Shown here: piece after piece, positions 62,043 through 64,000 of the stretch
Position numbering within the stretch: the first letter of the stretch is position 1
How the letters are laid out: each line of letters begins with the position of its first letter
IMG/VR virus record: IMGVR_UViG_3300015189_000003
Location: 2,050 to 66,049 of that record
DNA from: a virus
DNA length: 64,000 nucleotides
Direction: 5' to 3' (one strand)
Position numbers and translations under genes: made by a program
The notes under the pieces: generated by a model
Databases searched by the model: none
Seen by the model: the letters and a program-made list of their open reading frames with translations, nothing else
What the model was told of the DNA's origin: nothing

Positions 62043-64000
62043 TCCTTTAGGACTTCCGGCGGAACTTCTTTGCCGGCGTCGAGTGCGGCCTTGACTGCCT
62101 GCCGATGGGTCTGCAGTTTTTTGGGATTGAAAACGGCAGTCTCGGTCCCATATTCTGGATGCTCCGACTTGGCGGCGTCATAGCCTTGCTCTTCGAGCAT
62201 CTTGCGGAACACGTCGCCGCCGCGTTCCTTGTAGGCATCCATCGCTATTTCGTGGACGTCGCCGGGCTCTTCGTCGGGATGCTTCGCTTGAATCTCGGCA
62301 ACGTGCTCTTTCCACGCGGCAGTATCTTTATAGCCGGGAGGCATAAAACCTTTGCTGGCGTCGTAAACCTTGGCGTCTGGATGCAGCCGTCCGACGTGCA
62401 ACTCTCCACCGTGGCCGAAGTCCTTCTCGGATACGTCGCGGTTCGAGGCAAAATAAACCGCCTTGCCGAATTGCGGGGCGTGCCGAGCTTCGAGCGAATT
62501 AACGCCTTTGCTACGCGAACCGTGGAACATTGAATCTTTGTGTTCGGCGAATTCGTCCCGCGTCATTTCGTGCGGCTCTTTGTCCATGCCTGCATTGTCG
62601 TGTTTCTTCGATGGTTTCTCAACCTTCTCGCCCGTCGGCTCAGCTTTTTTTGATTCAGGTTCCGCGCCGCCCAACATTGCTTTCAATGCGGGATGCTTGT
62701 CGGTGAGTTCAGCCGGAGGGGACTCGCCCGATTCGATTGCCATTGCGACTTTCTGCAAGTCGTAATGCGGAATCCGCAGCAAGTCGTCCTTTCCTAAGTT
62801 GACTTTGCTTCCGTCTGGTCGCTGCAAGGAAACGGATTTTTCGTTGACCTTGGCGACTTTGTAGGCATCCCTCCCCATGCCAGCATAAACCGTCATTCCG
62901 GGCGTCAATTCTTCGTCGCCGATTTTGTTCCACTTCCGCACGTCGGTTGCCGCAGACTTGACGGCAGCCGCCGCATTCCGCTTTTTATGGTCTTGGATGA
63001 CCATGCGAGCATCGTCGTGAATGCCGGGCGTGTTTTCGTCAACTTCGCCCCGCTCGTGGGCTTCGATTACGCCTTTCGAGTAGCCGGATAGTCCACTGGA
63101 TACGTTGCCCATGCGGGCGTCAGCCTTGGCGTTCATCCGGTCGAGTTCGCGGCCAGACGTGCGAGAAGCCTGCAAGCCAGAGATTTCGCCCAACTGCCCG
63201 CCTTCTCGTTTTGGTTTTTCTGTTTTCCACAGTGGCGGCTTATCTTCCGCCTTGTCAACTTTCTTCCCCGACTGACTCCCAGGCTGACCAGCCGCGTCGT
63301 GCAGCCGCTTGAATCCCTCTTGCTGTTCCTTCCATTCGGCGGCCTTCTTGCCTTCGTCGGGGTCTTTGCCGTCCGGGCCGATTTTGACGACGGCTTTTTC
63401 GCCCTGGCGGCGACCTTCGGTAATCTCGACTTCGTGCATTCCGTCGACCATCTTGCCGGTGTACTTCGCGGCGTCGCCGTTGACGTAGGGGGTCTTGGCG
63501 GCCGGCTTCTCTTCCGCCGGCGGCTTTTCCTTCCCCGCCAAATTCTCCTTCCGCTTCGCCAAAATCGCGTCCCGTCTGGCAATCCATTCCGCCTTCGGCA
63601 GCGTGGCGATTCCAGCCGCCTTCATTTCGGCAGAATGTCTCGCATAAGCGGCGTCGTCGGCGGGGTTGCTTGCTCCCCGTGGAACATGAGCCGGGTCAAT
63701 CGGCTTCGGGTCTTTTAGTCCGCCGCCAACTGCCGGGTAACTCTTTACTCCATAGCCGGGATTTCCGAATGACAGAGGGTCGATAACGGGCTTCCCCGCT
63801 CCCCCATCCCCCTTCGGCTCCGGCCCCTTCGGGACGGCGGGCGAGGGCGCGGGGCCGTCGTTATCCGGATTCAGGTCCGGATAATCGGCGAGGACGTCGG
63901 CGGGAATGTCCTTGCCTTTGGCGAGAGCGGATTCGACTGCGCGCCTATGGTTCCGGTCGGTTTGCGTCCTGGCGTTTGCGGATGCCTTTTTGTCCGCAAT
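62018..64000 (-). CDS. Large polyvalent protein with a putative ADP-ribosyltransferase domain; 5' partial
   Basis: The frame is open from 64000 to TGA at 62018. It contains FHGS...FGKAVYFA...GYDA...ETAVFNPKKL and two copies of H-R-x-A-V-x-x-A-L-x-x-G-K-x-[IV]-P-x-x-V-L-x-D-Y-P-D-L. Confidence 0.75.
   Translation of the reverse strand: MADKKASANARTQTDRNHRRAVESALAKGKDIPADVLADYPDLNPDNDGPAPSPAVPKGPEPKGDGGAGKPVIDPLSFGNPGYGVKSYPAVGGGLKDPKPIDPAHVPRGASNPADDAAYARHSAEMKAAGIATLPKAEWIARRDAILAKRKENLAGKEKPPAEEKPAAKTPYVNGDAAKYTGKMVDGMHEVEITEGRRQGEKAVVKIGPDGKDPDEGKKAAEWKEQQEGFKRLHDAAGQPGSQSGKKVDKAEDKPPLWKTEKPKREGGQLGEISGLQASRTSGRELDRMNAKADARMGNVSSGLSGYSKGVIEAHERGEVDENTPGIHDDARMVIQDHKKRNAAAAVKSAATDVRKWNKIGDEELTPGMTVYAGMGRDAYKVAKVNEKSVSLQRPDGSKVNLGKDDLLRIPHYDLQKVAMAIESGESPPAELTDKHPALKAMLGGAEPESKKAEPTGEKVEKPSKKHDNAGMDKEPHEMTRDEFAEHKDSMFHGSRSKGVNSLEARHAPQFGKAVYFASNRDVSEKDFGHGGELHVGRLHPDAKVYDASKGFMPPGYKDTAAWKEHVAEIQAKHPDEEPGDVHEIAMDAYKERGGDVFRKMLEEQGYDAAKSEHPEYGTETAVFNPKKLQTHRQAVKAALDAGKEVPPEVLKDYPDLKRS

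Noticed and set aside
63990-64000. Direct circular join of position 1 to position 64000
   Set aside because: The join shifts the frame and hits TAG within ~18 codons; no terminal repeat is visible, so sequence is missing.

Overview
The window is a GC-rich tailed dsDNA phage genome, probably infecting Planctomycetota (inference from host-like prepilin and QFSL-type peptides). Almost all genes are on the minus strand. Gene order is circularly permuted: terS, terL, then the portal (running off the left edge); from the right edge come a polyvalent protein, scaffold/protease, cement, major capsid, head-tail, tail tube, chaperone, tape measure, tail, lysis-region genes, then early/replication genes (repressor, CsrA, AAA/SSB, intein-containing helicase, primase-polymerase, RusA). 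The window therefore looks like a nearly complete genome. It carries six DNA methyltransferase loci, five homing-type endonucleases, tRNA-Trp and only a C-terminal stub of an integrase. The most unusual observations are: (1) a helicase intein whose DUF559/Vsr-like endonuclease is overprinted in the +1 frame; (2) a portal ORF with an in-frame extension of about 650 aa or more, possibly continuous with an ADP-ribosyltransferase-bearing polyvalent protein at the other edge; (3) six copies of a GGYATCR + hairpin + UUUUUUCGU element sitting just before late genes; (4) a ~650-nt helix-rich non-coding region directly upstream of a csrA that appears to start with AUU; (5) two dual-coded (alpha/beta) C5 methyltransferases stacked around a visible primase/helicase recombination scar; (6) a self-promoted prepilin moron. 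All family assignments come from motif recognition by eye; no database searches were run.
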